Positions 25,788 to 40,154 of a stretch of DNA of 64,000 nucleotides are shown here, one piece after another. The DNA lies in assembly GCA_951406725.2 (NCBI GenBank), contig OX597823.1, positions 33,294,001-33,358,000 of the forward strand, given 5' to 3'. The notes beneath the pieces are model-generated. The model saw only the letters and a program-made list of their open reading frames with translations. It ran no database searches and had not been told where the DNA came from. The translations under genes were made by a program, and so were the position numbers. Numbering within the stretch: the first letter of the stretch is position 1; each line of letters starts with the position of its first letter. The DNA is from Octopus vulgaris. Lineage: Eukaryota.

Positions 25788-26000
25788 CCATCATAACAAT
25801 CACCATCACTGTCGCTACCAACATCCTTCTCTTCTACCTCCTCTCTCTCCCTTCCCCCCCACAACCCTCTCCTCCCTCAAAACCCCCTGCCCCACAACCC
25901 CCTCCATCACCTCCTCCTCATCCTCATCATCTTAATGCCGACACGGCTACAACCCCCATAACCCCTCCCACCCTCCACCACCACCACAACCACCATCATG
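25430..26000. repeat. Compound (CAC)/(CAT)/(CCT) trinucleotide tract
   Basis: Directly visible. Confidence 0.95.
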
Positions 26001-26175
26001 TCTTATTACACCGAACACTACCGAGTTTCTTCTGCACGAACAGAATCTCATTCTGTTTTGAGTCTGTGATGGTTGACACCTCTCACTTGCAGTGCCTTTC
26101 TATCCTGTCATTAAAACCTCTTTGTATTCTCCTCTAACAGACCAAACTATAATTTAATCCAAAGACGCAGTCTTT

Positions 26176-26534
<359 letters not shown>

Positions 26535-26535
<1 letters not shown>

Positions 26536-26608
26536 CAGCACTTACCCAAGACACACAAAGCTGCGCTCGGTAGTGCAGTGAAAGCACGTGATAAAAATAA
26601 GAGAACTG
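26535..26608 (+). mobile_element. Extremely 5'-truncated R4/Dong copy (3' UTR only) in (TAA)n
   Basis: cagcacttacccaagacacacaaagctgcgctcggtagtgcagtgaaagcacg matches the reverse complement of 2534-2612. Confidence 0.85.
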
Positions 26609-26620
26609 AATAATAATGAT

Positions 26621-26995
26621 AACAAGAGCACTCAGAGAGCGCAAACCTACGCCAAGGTAACATCAGCGTCCTCTCAACGATTAGCTGGAGATGATTTTTA
26701 AAACGAGAATATCTGAAATAAACTCGACTGCTCTCACAAACGAGAATACTAAAAATGAGCTCGACTTCTCTCAAAAATTAAGTAAAAAAATAGGAAAAAT
26801 AATCCAGAATCCTTGTCTGGTACCGGACAGATCCCCAAATCTAATCAGTTTGTACCAGACACGAGGCCAACCATCTCCGAAAATTTCACTCGAATCCATC
26901 GAGCAGTTCTTGAGATAACTTGTGCACAGACAAAGAAACAAATAAACAAACGTGACTGAAATAATTCCTCTACTTTCGCTAAGACAGAAGTAATA
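26621..26995 (-). mobile_element. Helentron-associated non-autonomous element (HINE/DINE-1-like)
   Basis: Terminal aacaagagcactcagagagcgcaaacctacgccaag (hairpin plus subterminal IR), (ACAA)-like internal repeat; related to 53338-53718. Confidence 0.65.
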
Positions 26996-27004
26996 ATAAT
27001 GATA

Positions 27005-27412
27005 CTCTTTTTTTTTATTTTTTACTCTTTTATTTGTTTCAGTCAGTTGACTGCGGCCATGCTGGAGCACTGCCTTTAGTCGAGCAAATCGACCCCGGGA
27101 CTTATTCTTTGTAAGCCCAGTACTTATTCTATCGGTATCTTTTTCCGAACCGCTAAGTGACGGGGACGTAAACACACCAGCATCGGTTGTCAAGCAATGC
27201 TAGGGAGACAAACACAGACACACAAACATATATATATATACATGTATACGACGGGCTTCTTTCAGTTTCCGTCTACCAAATCCACTCACAAGGCTTTGGT
27301 CGGCCCGAGGCTATAGTAGAAGACACTTGCCCAAGGTGCCACGCAGTGGGACTGAACCCGGAACCATGTGATTGGTAAGCAAGCTACTTATCACACAGCC
27401 ACTCCTGCGCCT
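27005..27412 (-). mobile_element. SINE family B, complete young copy
   Basis: Minus strand: aggcgcaggagtggctgtg(A box)..ccgggttcagtccc(B box)..ccttgggcaagtg (CORE-like)..short internal (TA)n..aaacaaataaaagag. Confidence 0.93.
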
Positions 27413-27700
27413 TGATAAAAACAATTTGTAAATGAACAATTTGGTGCGTTTATTTTAATAGCCTCCCAGTGTATAACAGTGAGTTTCTTCGACCTAGGTG
27501 TCGGGGAGACAATCGGTAAGAAACGGAAACAAAATTGAAAGAAAAAGAAAATAACTGTCCTTTCTATTATCGGCGCAAAGCCTGAAGTTTTAGGAGAGTG
27601 AGGTTGTCAATTACATCGACCCCAGTGTTCAACTGGTACTTATTTTATCGACCCAGGAAGAATGACGCAAAAGTCAACATCGGCGGAATTTGTACCATCT

Positions 27701-27764
<64 letters not shown>

Positions 27765-27879
27765 TTCACCACCACCACCACCACCACCACCACCACCACC
27801 ACCACCACCACCACCACCACCACCACCACCACTACCACCACTACTACTACAACTACCACTACTACTACTACTACAGGAC

Positions 27880-28990
27880 AAAGCGCCATGGTAGGAACGA
27901 AGGTTTGAGAACCAAATTGAAGAGCTCAAGAGAGATTTTGGACGGATAGATGAAATCGTAGAAAAGAAGAAGGTGGGGGAAAGACACAGGAACGAACTAC
28001 AAGAGAAACAGAACATAAGATAGAAAGGACTGCAAGCAGTTAAAGGAGAGCTAAAATTAAAAAAAAAACGAAAGCAGTCTCGAGTAAAAAACAAAAAAAA
28101 ACAAAAACAAAAACAAAATAAAATATACCATCAGAGGACGAATCAGTACCAGCGGAAGAGACTCTTCAAGAACAACGAAAGAAAATTCTATAAACAATTG
28201 AACATAGAAAAAAGAGCATTAGGGGAATGATATTCCAGATGCTGAAGCAACAAGAAAATTCTGGACAGAAATCTGAAGCAAAGAAGTCTAACATAATATA
28301 GAAGCAGAATGGTTACGGGAATTTAAAAGAGAAATCGAAGCTGGAGGAACACAAGAAGATATGACAATCACAGATAAGAAAGTAAAAAACAGCAACAAAA
28401 ATGATCAAGAAAATACCAGACAGGAAAGCCCCAAGTCTGATTGGTTTCCAGGGTTTCTGGCTCAAAAGTCTCCTAAATATAAGTAGCGCTTTTTATTGAC
28501 TGCATAGAAAATGGAACATCACTATGGATTACAAAAGGAAGGACATCGCTGATACAAAAGGACAAAGGAAAAGAGAGAGAGAGGAAGTCAGCAGTCGTAG
28601 ATCTATTATTTGCTTACCATTACCCTGGAAACTGTTAACTGGTCTCAAAGCAGATGAAGCGTATAATTTTCGGGAAAAGGTGAACTTACTGCCAGAAGAG
28701 CAAGAAGAATGTAGGAAGAAATCAAAAAGAACTGCTGATCTGCTTGCTATGTATAAACAGCAGAATATTAAAAGAGGTATGAGTAAGGAAGAAGAAAAAT
28801 TAAACTGTTGGATGGATAAATTACAGGAAGGCCTATGTCCCTAATGCCCCACACGAATGGCTCTTGGAATGCCTGAGGACGCTGGGAATTGATAAGAAGA
28901 TAAATAACTTTTTGGAGAAAGCAATGAAAATATGGGAAGTAGAACTGACATGTGGAAATGAATCGTTAAGCAGGGGCATAGCGCTCTCTT
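27880..28990 (+). mobile_element. R4/Dong-type LINE, pre-RT and RT region, decayed
   Basis: RLFKNNERKFYKQL, PDAEATRKFW, KAP..GFWLK, WITKGRTSLIQKD, IICLPLPWKLLTG, LLPEEQ, YRKAY..PHEW. Confidence 0.85.
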
Positions 28991-30436
28991 CATTAAATTT
29001 TCATTTGAGGTTACAGAACAAAAGAAAAAAAAAAAAGAAAAAAAAAACAAATGAAAAAAGAGACATGATAAAACGTTTACAAATTATGAAGAGGCGAAAG
29101 CGTTATGCAAAATATGGAAGATGCATTGCGAAATTTAATTCCACACACACACACACGCACGCACTCACACACACATAGACATATGCATAATACGATACAG
29201 ACATATATATATATATATACACAGGCATACATATACAATACATATGCATATATGCGTGTACACACACACAAATACACATACATATACACACATACACTTG
29301 CATACACAATCACATTTTCATGCCTACATGTAAACATGCACATACTTCATACTTATTTATACCGAAATAAACTAAGAGTGTACAATAAAGCACAATTGAA
29401 ACAATATAATTTCAAGAAATAGAACCTAAAACAATTCTGGTTAAGGGCACTCCATGACCTCCTTCCTTTAACTATTTTTCAAATTGTGTTTGAGTGCAAC
29501 CGAATGCACCACTAAACATTTTTTAGACATTAAGCTTTGAAAACCGTCAACATCTTGAGGTTATTTTTCTTTTATGTTTGGTATAATGTCTTAATTTTAA
29601 TTTTACTTCTAATTTATCTTTTGCATGTTATTTATGTTCTGAATCTAATTGTTTTTGAGCTATTCTAACTTCTGAGAGCCCAAGGCCCTTGAGATGTGTA
29701 ATTTTGACTGTTAATTGTTTGATTTTCTAAGGACGGTAAATCTTTGGTCAGTCTCGTCCAATGCATTTTCGTTATTTTCCTTAGGAGGGATTTCGTTATC
29801 ATTTAGAAGAAATTGTTTCCCCTCCTCTGTTTCCTTCGTTTTGCGCCCTGTCCTCCATTTCTGTGACGTTTTCTCTTTTTTCTCCGTTTTTCAGACAGCG
29901 TTTGGAAAAGTTTCATCTGTAATTATTATTTCTTCCTCATCCCACAATGAAGATGCAGTACTACTGGTTGGTACTTTTAGGAGACAATGCATTTTCTCAT
30001 CTATTTGTGATTCTGGGCCTAATGATATTTTCTTTGCTATTCACAGAGTTTTTGCCAATGGTGATCTGGAAAACGAGATCTTTTGTTCTTTTGTGGTTGA
30101 CTTTCATTCTGTCGTTTTCTTCGTTCTTCTAAGCATTCAACTCTTAGGTATGTTTTGTTACATTAAATGCAACAACTAGGCTTTCTGCCCCGTATCCTTA
30201 ATCTTATGCCATTTTTTCTAGGCGCCTTATAAAAGGCACAGTTCCAGTATGGCTCTATGGACATTAGGATTTGAAAGTCCATTTAAAGCCCCCAGACCAC
30301 AGGTTCCAATTATGCCTGTTTTGACAAATCTTTCACACTTATTAGTCCCCTTCCTCCATTTGCTCTCTTCTTGTATAAGCGATCAGTGCCTGCACGTGGA
30401 TGATGGGCTCCATACATTGTAAGGAGCTTCTTGTTT

Positions 30437-30670
30437 TCCTATTTCTTTACTGCCCACAAGGGGCTACACAGAGAGGACAAACAAGGACAGACAAATGGTT
30501 TAAGTCGATTACATCGACCCCAGTGCGTAATTGGTACTTAATTTATCGATCCCGAAAGGATGAAAGGCAAAGTCGACCTCGGTGGAATTTGAACTCAGAA
30601 CGTAGTGGCAGGCGAAATACTGCTAAGCATTTCGCCCGGAGTGCTAACGATTCTGCCAGCTCGGCGCCTT
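30437..30670 (-). mobile_element. SINE family A
   Basis: Complete copy; minus strand begins ggcgccgagctggcagaatcgttagc. Confidence 0.9.
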
Positions 30671-30699
30671 GTTTCTTGTCTTCCTGCCCAACACCTTTA

Positions 30700-31305
30700 G
30701 CTCCACTGTGCCGCATCTGTAATAAAGTAGACGAAACCATTGCCTATATCGTGAACGATACGATTGGAAACTGTACGAAAAGTGGGATCTAGAGAGAGGC
30801 AAAATGTTGTATGAGCACAAACAGCAGATAGCGGTGGAGTCGGAGACTTGCAAAATCGCGTGAGATTTCCCAATCCAAACAGACCCGGTACTAGAACAGA
30901 ACTGAGAAGATCTAGCGGTGGTGAACAAAATGCACCACATGTGGTATATAGTTGTCGTTGTGTGACCCTTTGACCCACGAATAGTAAAAAAAGGAAGGCT
31001 AAAAAATAGATTTATACGAAATAGCCCGGTTATGGAAAATGAAGGTGAAGATAGTGCCAATTATTGTTGGTTCCTTGGGGACAGTATTGGAAGGTATCAA
31101 GAGGTATATAAATGAAATCGGAATAAAGAACCCAGTAGAACTGTTACAAAAGGTTTACTTCCTCGGCACGGCCAGAATAATCAGTAAAGTATTAGAGAGC
31201 TGAAAAGACCGAATAACATGGTACTGTAGGCTGCAGGTAGAAAGCCTACTACGCATGCAAGAGTCCAAGAGTTCCACCAAAACCCGAGTTAAAAAAGACT
31301 AATAA
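30700..31305 (+). mobile_element. R4/Dong-type LINE 3' end, decayed
   Basis: PLCRICNKVDETIAYIV, DFPIQTD..R..DL, VPIIVGSLGTV, LLQKVYFLGTARIISKVLES*; UTR ending in taataat. Confidence 0.85.
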
Positions 31306-31537
31306 TATTCCTTTCTAGCACAGGATTAAGACCTCAGGTTTGGGAGAAGGTGGTTAGCTGATCGACCCTGGTGCTAGTACTTACTTTTCCGACCTCGAAA
31401 GGATGACAGGCAAGGTTGACAAATTATAATAGTATCAAGACATAAAAGGAGACACTTTGAAAATAAACGACTTAAATCATCTTAGCCCGGCGATTGTTGA
31501 AAAGATTGTGGATAAAGTGAGAGAATGAGAGAGAGAG

Positions 31538-31610
<73 letters not shown>

Positions 31611-31639
31611 CTTTCATATGAATAAATTATTTGAGAAAA

Positions 31640-32640
31640 ATGTATCCTCGAAACTCTACAGGGACATCAACTGCAAATGTATAAGACTACACGACACACC
31701 AACATCAACTGGGATTCAAGCATTCTTGGAGAAAATATAATATTTATTAGAATCAAAGATCAGAGTGGATTAGAAGAGAAAGGGATAAAAAAATGGAATA
31801 ACGCTGCAGCATGGTTTAGCATAACTATCGAGAAATTCAGAAACATAGAAATAAAAAGAAAATAAAAGTTACAAAACGACGAGAAAAAAACTACATTCCA
31901 GTAATGGAAAGCTTCCAGAATTGAGAAAGAGGCAAACATGTTGAAATACCTCATCAGTATTCATGAATCTGTGACAGAAATAATTCAACGAATTAACAAA
32001 TAGACCAGAGTTAACACCTGAATGGTTGCTACAGAAGAAAACAATATTGATTCTTTGCAAAACAAGAAAATCAGAGATTCCTCAACACCACAGAACAATA
32101 ACTTGTCTGTCCAACAACATCATACATCATCAAAAAGTTGCAAGAAACGAGGAAGCGAGCTGGCAGAATCGTTAGCACGCCGGGAAAAATGCCTTGTGGC
32201 ATTTCGTCCGTCTTTACATTCTGAGTTCAAATTCAGCTGAGGTTGAGTTTATCTTTTAGGGGATCGATAAAATAAGTATCAACTGAGCACTGGCGTCGAT
32301 GGAATCGACTTAATCTCTGCCCTGAAATTTCTGGCCTTGTACCAAAATTTGGAACCAAGATTCTACAAGAAACAGGCAACGTCTGCTTCATTTCACCAGA
32401 GAAAGAAAGGAAGTGTTGGAAAGAGATGTATAAGTATAAAGAGCTGCTGCTGCTGGGAAAGTACGAAATTATTGAAGATGGTAAGAAGAACCTTAGGACA
32501 GGATTGATTACTGGAAAATGTTTGAGAGTAAACCATACTCTTGGATATCAGAAACATCCCATGTAAATAAAGCTGCTACAATTCTAAGACAGTATATCCA
32601 TCATGCCATGTGATGATAAAAAAATAAGCTTATCATTTCA
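31640..32640 (+). mobile_element. R4/Dong-type RT remnant interrupted by a SINE A copy (32150-32360, +)
   Basis: WKASR, TPEWL..KTILI, ITCLS, PEKERKC, IDYWKMFESKPYSWI; the SINE A head aggaagcgagctggcagaatcgttagc lies inside. Confidence 0.7.
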
Positions 32641-32789
32641 AGAGAAAAAGAAAAAGACCCCAACCCATGGGGCCAGAAAAAGAAGTATCTTCCAAAGAGA
32701 CTCATTATTTCTTCCATTCTTCTCTTTGACTTCATGAACTCATTTGATGAATGAAATGAATGTTTTAGCCAAATTTTATAGATAAACTA

Positions 32790-33038
32790 TTCTTTTACTT
32801 GTTTCGGTCATTTGACTGCGGTCATGCTGGATCACCGCCTTTCGTCGAGCAAATCGACCCCAGGACTTATTCCTTGTAAGCCTGGTATTTATTCTATCGG
32901 CCGCTTTTGCCGAACCGCAAAGTTACAGGAATGCAAGAACACCAACATCGCTGTCAAGCGAAGGTGTGGGGACAAACAAAGACACACAAATACATATATA
33001 CATATACATACATACATACATATATATGTATATATATA

Positions 33039-33074
<36 letters not shown>

Positions 33075-33483
33075 TATACATACCATACACACGACGGGCT
33101 TCTTTCAGTTTCCGCCTGCCAAATCTACTCGCGAGGCCTTGGTCAGCCCGAGGCTATAGTAGAAGACACTTGCCCAAGGTGCCACGCAGTGGGACTGAAC
33201 CCGGACCCGTGAGGTTGGAAAGTAAGCTTTTGCCACACAGCCACGCCTACGCCTAAACAATCTCTTTTACTCTCTTTTACTTGTTTCAGTCATTTGACTG
33301 CGGGCATGCTGGAGCACCGCTTTTAGTCGAGCAAATCGACCACGGGACTTATTCTTTGTAAACCCAGTACTTATTCTATCGGTCTCTTTTTGCCGAACCG
33401 CTAAGTGACGGGGACGTAAACACACCAGCATCGGTTGTCAAGCAATGCTAGGGGGACAAACACAGACACACAAACACACACGC

Positions 33484-33580
<97 letters not shown>

Positions 33581-33746
33581 TACATCAGACTTCTTTCAGT
33601 TTCCGTCTACCAAATCCACTCACAAGGCATTGGTCGGCCCGGGGCTATAGCAGAAGACACTTGCCCAAGATGCCACGCAGTGGGACTGAACCCGGAACCA
33701 AGTGGTTGGTTAGCAAGCTACTTACCACACAGCCACTCCTGCGCCT
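32790..33746 (-). mobile_element. Two tandem SINE family B copies (32790-33254 and 33262-33746)
   Basis: Both complete, with different internal microsatellites. Confidence 0.92.
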
Positions 33747-33769
33747 AAACACTTTTTAAAAACTAGTTA

Positions 33770-34201
33770 GACGCAGGCATGACTGCGTCGGTAAGTAGAT
33801 CACTGTGCAACAACGTGGTTTTGGGTTCAGTACCACTGCGTGGCATTTCGACCAAGTGCCTTCAACTATGGCCCTGGGCCAACCATTACTTTCGGAGTGA
33901 AGTTGGTAGACAGAAATTCTGTGAAAGTTTGTTGTATACAAATGTAAGAAAAGGATGTAAGTTCCTTCCCGAACTATAGGCCCATAAGGCCGGTCTTCTC
34001 GAGTTCTGTGACGTATATATACCTACTCTGGACGGGACACTGGTCCATGGTAGGATTATTCATTTTGGCCAGCTGGGCGAACTGGAGCGAAGTGAAATGG
34101 AGGGTCTTGCTCAAGAATGCAATACATCACCCAGTCTAGGAATCGAAACCACGATCTTACGATCATGAGTCCAACAACCTAACCACTAAGCCATATGCCT
34201 C

Positions 34202-34267
<66 letters not shown>

Positions 34268-34745
34268 GAAACACACAGACACACACACACGCACAGACAC
34301 GCACACACACACGCGCACAGACACACACACAGACACACACACGCACACACACGCGCACACACGCGCACACACACACGTACACACACACACGCATACACAC
34401 ACACGCACAGAAACACACAGACACACACATACGCACAGACACGCACACACACACACGCACAGACACACACACGCACACACACACACGTCCGCACACGCAT
34501 GCACGTGTATGTGTGTGTGCGTATATGTCTGTGTTTGTGTTGGTATCCGCACCGCTTGACAACCGGCGTTGTTTTGTTTATGTCCCCGTAACTTAGTGTT
34601 TCAGCAAAAGAGACCAATGGAATTAGTACTTAAAAAAATCGTGGGGTGCTCCCGATTCGTTCAACTAAATCCTTCAAGGTGGTGCTCCAGCTTGGTCGCA
34701 GTCCAATGACTGAAGCAAGTAAAAGATAAGGGGAAAGATAAAAAG
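33770..34745 (+). mobile_element. SINE B split by a minus-strand SINE of family D (33975-34203) and a long (CA)n tract
   Basis: B 5' half at 33770-33940 and 3' half at 34510-34745. The D copy reads on minus ggaggcatatggcttagtggttagg..gtttcgattcct..cttgagcaagac. Confidence 0.75.
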
Positions 34746-34759
34746 ACGGGTAAACACCC

Positions 34760-35080
34760 AGCTAGAAATTCTTCTGAAAACCGTTCAGAGATTCAGAAGA
34801 AGTAAATTGACTAAAACTGGGGACATTAAATTAGACCAAAGTACAGAAACGCGACAATAAGAAGATGAACATCAATATAATTAGCTGGAATAGGTGAAAC
34901 TAATAAGATAAAACATAGACAGAAATGAAAGAGGGAATTTTAAAAGAATTCTACAGAAGAAACAAATTGATTTTAAGCACTAAAATTAATGTCAGAAATA
35001 AAATATCCGGTATAAATACGTTAGATGTCACAGCTATAAACTACAGATTTAATACAATGAATTAGTGAGTCGTAGAATTT
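34760..35080 (+). mobile_element. R4/Dong-type LINE fragment
   Basis: EMKEGILKEFYRRNKLILSTKINVRNKISGINTL, compared with QMKEKIKKEYYRRVRSILNTELNAKNKIIGINTL of the 2637-4013 ORF. Confidence 0.8.
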
Positions 35081-35199
35081 AGACTGGTAAACTAGGAAAC
35101 CGTTGAGAGTGTTCTGAAGTCATTATCGTAAATCTGTCATTGGTTTGGTTAAGAGACCAGGATGAACGCTGGTATTCTCCAAATATCCAAATCGTGTGT

Positions 35200-35930
35200 T
35201 GAAAACTATCTGTATCAACATGATTACGCCACCAGGCTCGATATTTGGGTTCTATAGCAATTGAGGACGACATGGCCCCACGAATGTCCATCTGCAATCC
35301 ATTGCAGATGTGTGGAGATGAAAAAAATCGCAATATGATGCGCAAATGATCATGGGAAAAGCACGGCAAGCCAACAGAAACAAGACTTCACCTGAAGAAG
35401 GTTATGTTTTCAATTTGGTGAGATTAGAAGAATATTGTCTTTTACGAACTTCTTCCCATGAATAGGACCATAAATTCGGATGTGTACTGGGACCAGCTGG
35501 GCAAAGTAAACACATTGATCCACTAGAAGTGTTCAGAATTTGCTAATCGTAAGGACAGTGTCTTTCATCCCGACAATATGAGACTGCACCCCTCTTGCAG
35601 ACGCGGCAGACGGTACTGAGACTTGCCTAAGAAGTTTTGTCTCGTCCATTATATTAACTCCGACAATGTGCCTTCAAATTTCCACCTGTTTCTGTCTTTT
35701 CAAAATTCATTGAATGGACAGACCTTGAGCTCTGGAGAAGATGTAAAAATTCATCTGGAAGAGTTCCTCGTCAGTAAAGGCATGACATTTTTCAAGCGGG
35801 GTATAATTGACCTGTCCATAACATGGCAGAAGATACTGAAATTAAACGGCAATCATATCATTGATTGAATAAATCACTTTATACTTAAAATTTGTGTCGT
35901 ATTTTCTCTTTAAAAAGTGAACAATATACA
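35200..35930 (+). mobile_element. Mariner transposase catalytic-domain remnant
   Basis: GDEK, LHLKKVMFSIW*D, FYELLP..TINSDVYWDQL, FHPDNMRLH, PSNFHLFLSFQNSLNG, GI..L..TWQKI...NGNHI. Confidence 0.85.
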
Positions 35931-37770
35931 CAATTCCCGGAGGATGGACCGACTACAATTAGTTTTGGATTAAAAATAGGGTTTGGATTCGTTTTACCTG
36001 TTATGGCTACTCAATAGTTATCTCTCACTGCCTTTGGAACATGAGCACAGAAACTTAGCAGCAAGGAAAAATATATATTGTTCTTTTATATTGAAATACC
36101 TTTACTCTTGATTTCTGCGAGAGTTATCTCTCTTGTCGTCCATGGTGAAGTTTCTTTCTTGCTATTTAATATTTGGATGTAGGTACCACCCCGCCACACG
36201 CTCATGTTCGTTCACATAGACTTATTCACGTGTATATCAAATATATTTAAGTCTTAAATACTAAAGGCATGAAGTGAGAGAGAAAAATAGTGTGGTTGAA
36301 AATAGAGGAAAGAAGGGAGAGAACAAGAGAGAAAAGAATGGGGTAAATATGCAGGAAAAGGCCGGAATCAGAAATGCTGGAGAGATTTGGAAAAGCAAAT
36401 TAGAGGAAGACTGCATAAAGTAAAAATCTATAGGGGAAAGGAGCATACAAATGAAAAATAGGTCCTATAGGTGGGTGTCCAGTGTCTGAGTATGAATTTT
36501 CTCTTGTGTGTGCAGGAGCTGGGAAACCTTTCTCTCTTCACGTTAAGGTTAACTTTGGTATCAGAAAATTCCGTAGGATTATGTTTTTTTTTGCAATGCA
36601 GATCTTGGTTCCCTTGGTAGCATCCATGTACAAGGGCGCGCGCGCGCACATACACACTTATACAAGCACATACTCATACACACACAGATACACATACACA
36701 TACATAGATATACATATCTTTTTCTGCTTCTAAATTTAATCCCCTGTCTCTATATCTAGGTTATATGTATTTCTTATTATTTTCTATAAATTCTTATTTT
36801 GTTTTCTTATTTTGACATCCTTACTTATTAATCTCTTATCCCTTATAAATTGTTATTTTTCTTCTTAAATTTGATATTTTTCAGTTACTTAAGTCTATGC
36901 GAGATATTTATACTATATCCATATAAGCGTATAAATATTTGTGTGTGTATGCATTTATGCACATATATATGTGTGTGTGTATTTGTATGCATTTTTACAT
37001 TTTTCTGATTCATTGCTTAAAATTAATAGATAGCATATAATCCTTCCAGTTATTCCATATGTAAATGCCTTGAGCAGTCTTTATAGAAACCACCTAATAA
37101 ATATTTAATTAAGTATATGAATAGATATTAAACTGATTCTATGTAACATTCCTTTTTAATGTTTATAATTGATATATACACACCTTTTACCTATTTTGGT
37201 TATGATATCATTTTTGAAATTCTTAAATTTGAAATTTTATTTTTATACAACACAACAATATTGTTTCTAAACAATCACCCATAGTGCCCCTAAATAAAAT
37301 TTCCTTTATGTTAACATCTTAGGTTTCTTTGCAGCTTGCGCCTTTAACTGGTAATTAACATCATGATTCAAAGTCTACCCCTACCCTGCCCCTTTTTATA
37401 GACACTTACTTACATCCAGCTGACTACTCCTAATGTCTTTTTTCCTCTCTGAGGAAAAGGGATACATATGATAATATTTATGAGCATACCTAACCATAAG
37501 CTGTCAACTCGCTTTTGTCCTTTATTCAAAATAGACACAGTCTTTTAAGTTTTAGATTTAGTAGTTGATAAAGAGATAAATGAATTAGAAATGAATCACA
37601 ACCCTTACAACTCTTTGACCCCACTATGCTCCATGCGATTCTTAGGAGTCGTAATCTATTCTTTGTTACAATAGCGACAAAATGAATTTCTTCCAACTTC
37701 TTGCTCTGTTAAAATATTTGAGAAAAATTATATTAATGTGTCCTACTTGTTAAAATTCCATTTATTTATT

Positions 37771-37860
37771 TGTGCAGCAGAAGATGGCATTGCATTTAAA
37801 TTGATGTAATGATTGCATTGTTCAATTAAATGTAGCCGCTTGAAACGGTTGTACTGCATT
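37771..37860 (+). ncRNA. Hammerhead-like motif, paralog of 15095-15183, core mutated
   Basis: gugcag CAGAAGA uggc[hairpin]gccg cuu GAAA cgguug UA cugcau; 6-bp stem I; U4 changed to A. Confidence 0.5.
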
Positions 37861-37994
37861 ACTACTTGATATCCTGTTGCATATTTTGATTTTATTCACC
37901 TTACTTCGATTTGTGCGGATAATACCGGACTTACTTGCTACTTCAACTTTAATAGCTAATTCAAATGAATCTCAATTAATTCTTTTATATAAAA

Positions 37995-38163
37995 AGCTTG
38001 GCATCTGCGACGTCGCAACTCATTTCTACAACTGAGTGAACTGGGGCAATGTGAAATAAAGTGTCTTGCTCAAGAACACAACACACAGCCCTGTCCGAGA
38101 ATCGAAGTTACTACCTCATGATTGTGAGCCCGACGCTCTAATCCCTGACGCATGCGCCTTCAC
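37995..38163 (-). mobile_element. tRNA-derived SINE family D
   Basis: Minus strand: gaaggcgcatg..ttcgattc..gtgttcttgagcaagacactttatttcac..gtagaaatgagttg..gccaagct; also at 59703-59832 (+). Confidence 0.8.
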
Positions 38164-38269
38164 TCCCCAACACTCACACGACCTAATATCAATATTTATA
38201 TAGTATATATAACCTAAGTTATCTCTAAATTATATAGTTATATATCCATCTCTCTCCTTCTCTCACTCT

Positions 38270-38326
<57 letters not shown>

Positions 38327-38473
38327 TAAATATATAAATATATAAGTATATATATATAGATAAATAACTTAGGTTTGGGCCAATATTAGTTATTAGCTCT
38401 CGGCCATGTTTCTTTCTGTACACACGCACACACACATATATATATTTATATATGCGTGTATATATATATATGC

Positions 38474-38527
<54 letters not shown>

Positions 38528-38859
38528 GTATATATGTATGCATACATAGCTATCTCTCTCTCTCTATATGTGTGTGTGCATGTATGTACACACACAAATA
38601 CATATATGTACATACATGCACACGAATGTATGTACATATATGTACGAGGAGTGTTTGTGTATAAGTATGTGTGTGTGTGTGTGGTTATTTAATTTTGTCT
38701 CAGTCATCGGATAGCGGCCCAGCTCAGGCAGGTGCTGCCTAAAGGAAGATTTTAATCGATCATGCAGTCTCTGTTTCTAAAGCTTGGAAACCCGAAACCA
38801 CGGGCTTTCGAAGTGAAGTTCGTAACAATGCAAACATGACTACCACACTCTATAAATAT

Positions 38860-39047
38860 GGGTGTATGGTAAGTAGCTTGCTTACTAACCACATGGTCCG
38901 GGGTTCAGTCCTACTGTACGCCACCTTGGGCAAGTGTCTTCTAATATAGCCTCGGGCCGACCAAAGCCTTGTGAGTGGATTTGGTAGAGGGAAACTGAAA
39001 GAAGCCCGTCTGTTTCTCTCCCCCCATCTCTCTCTATCTCTCTCTCT

Positions 39048-39105
<58 letters not shown>

Positions 39106-39358
39106 ACCGATGTTGGTGTGTTTGTGTGTTTACGTCCCCGTAGCTTAGCGGTTCGACAAAGAGACCTTTAGAATAAATACTAGGCTTACAAAGAATATGT
39201 CCTGGGGTCGATTTGTTCGACTAAAGGCGGTACTCCAACATGGCCGCAGTTAAATGACTGAAACAAATAAAGGAACAAAAGAAATATGTGTGTATACGTA
39301 TGTATCTATAAGTATATATACATACATGCATATACGCATACATACAGACACACGTGTG

Positions 39359-39415
<57 letters not shown>

Positions 39416-39847
39416 GTATATATATATATATATCTTTTACTCTTTTACTTGTTTCAGTCATTTGACTGCGGCCATGCTGGAGCACCGCCTTTAGTCGAGC
39501 AAATCGAACCCGGGACTTATTCTTTGTAAGCCCAGTACTTATTCTATCGGTCTCTTTTGCCGAACCGCTAAGTGACGGGGACGTGAACACACCAGCATCG
39601 GTTGTCAAGCAATGCTAGGGAGACAAACACAGACACACAAACACATACACACACATACATATATATATATACATACATATATACGACAGGCTTCTTTCAG
39701 TTTCCGTCAACCAAATCCACTCACAAGGCATTGGTCGGCCCGGGGCTATAGCAGAAGACACTTTCCCAAGATGCCACGCAGTGGGACTGAACCCGGAACC
39801 ATGTGGTTGGTTAGCAAGCTACTTACCACACAGCCACTCCTGCGTCT
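38860..39847. mobile_element. Inverted, tail-to-tail pair of SINE B copies (38860-39280 + and 39433-39847 -)
   Basis: Both match the family B pattern; separated by about 150 bp of microsatellite. Confidence 0.9.
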
Positions 39848-39869
39848 ATATATACATATATATATATAC

Positions 39870-39960
<91 letters not shown>

Positions 39961-39965
39961 TATAC

Positions 39966-40011
<46 letters not shown>

Positions 40012-40154
40012 TGCAAGAAACAGTGTATAGAGGGATGTTTTAATTAGGATAATGTGTTGACTATATGCAGTGAAATCGCACAGTTGATGTTGTGTGTCAG
40101 TGTTGTGATCCAGTGTTGTGACACAGCTGTATACCTCACACCAGATTCATTCAC

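Noticed and set aside
37449-37545. CUGAGGA..CAAAA..GUC degenerate hammerhead
   Set aside because: GAAA is mutated and stem I does not pair; at best a dead relic.
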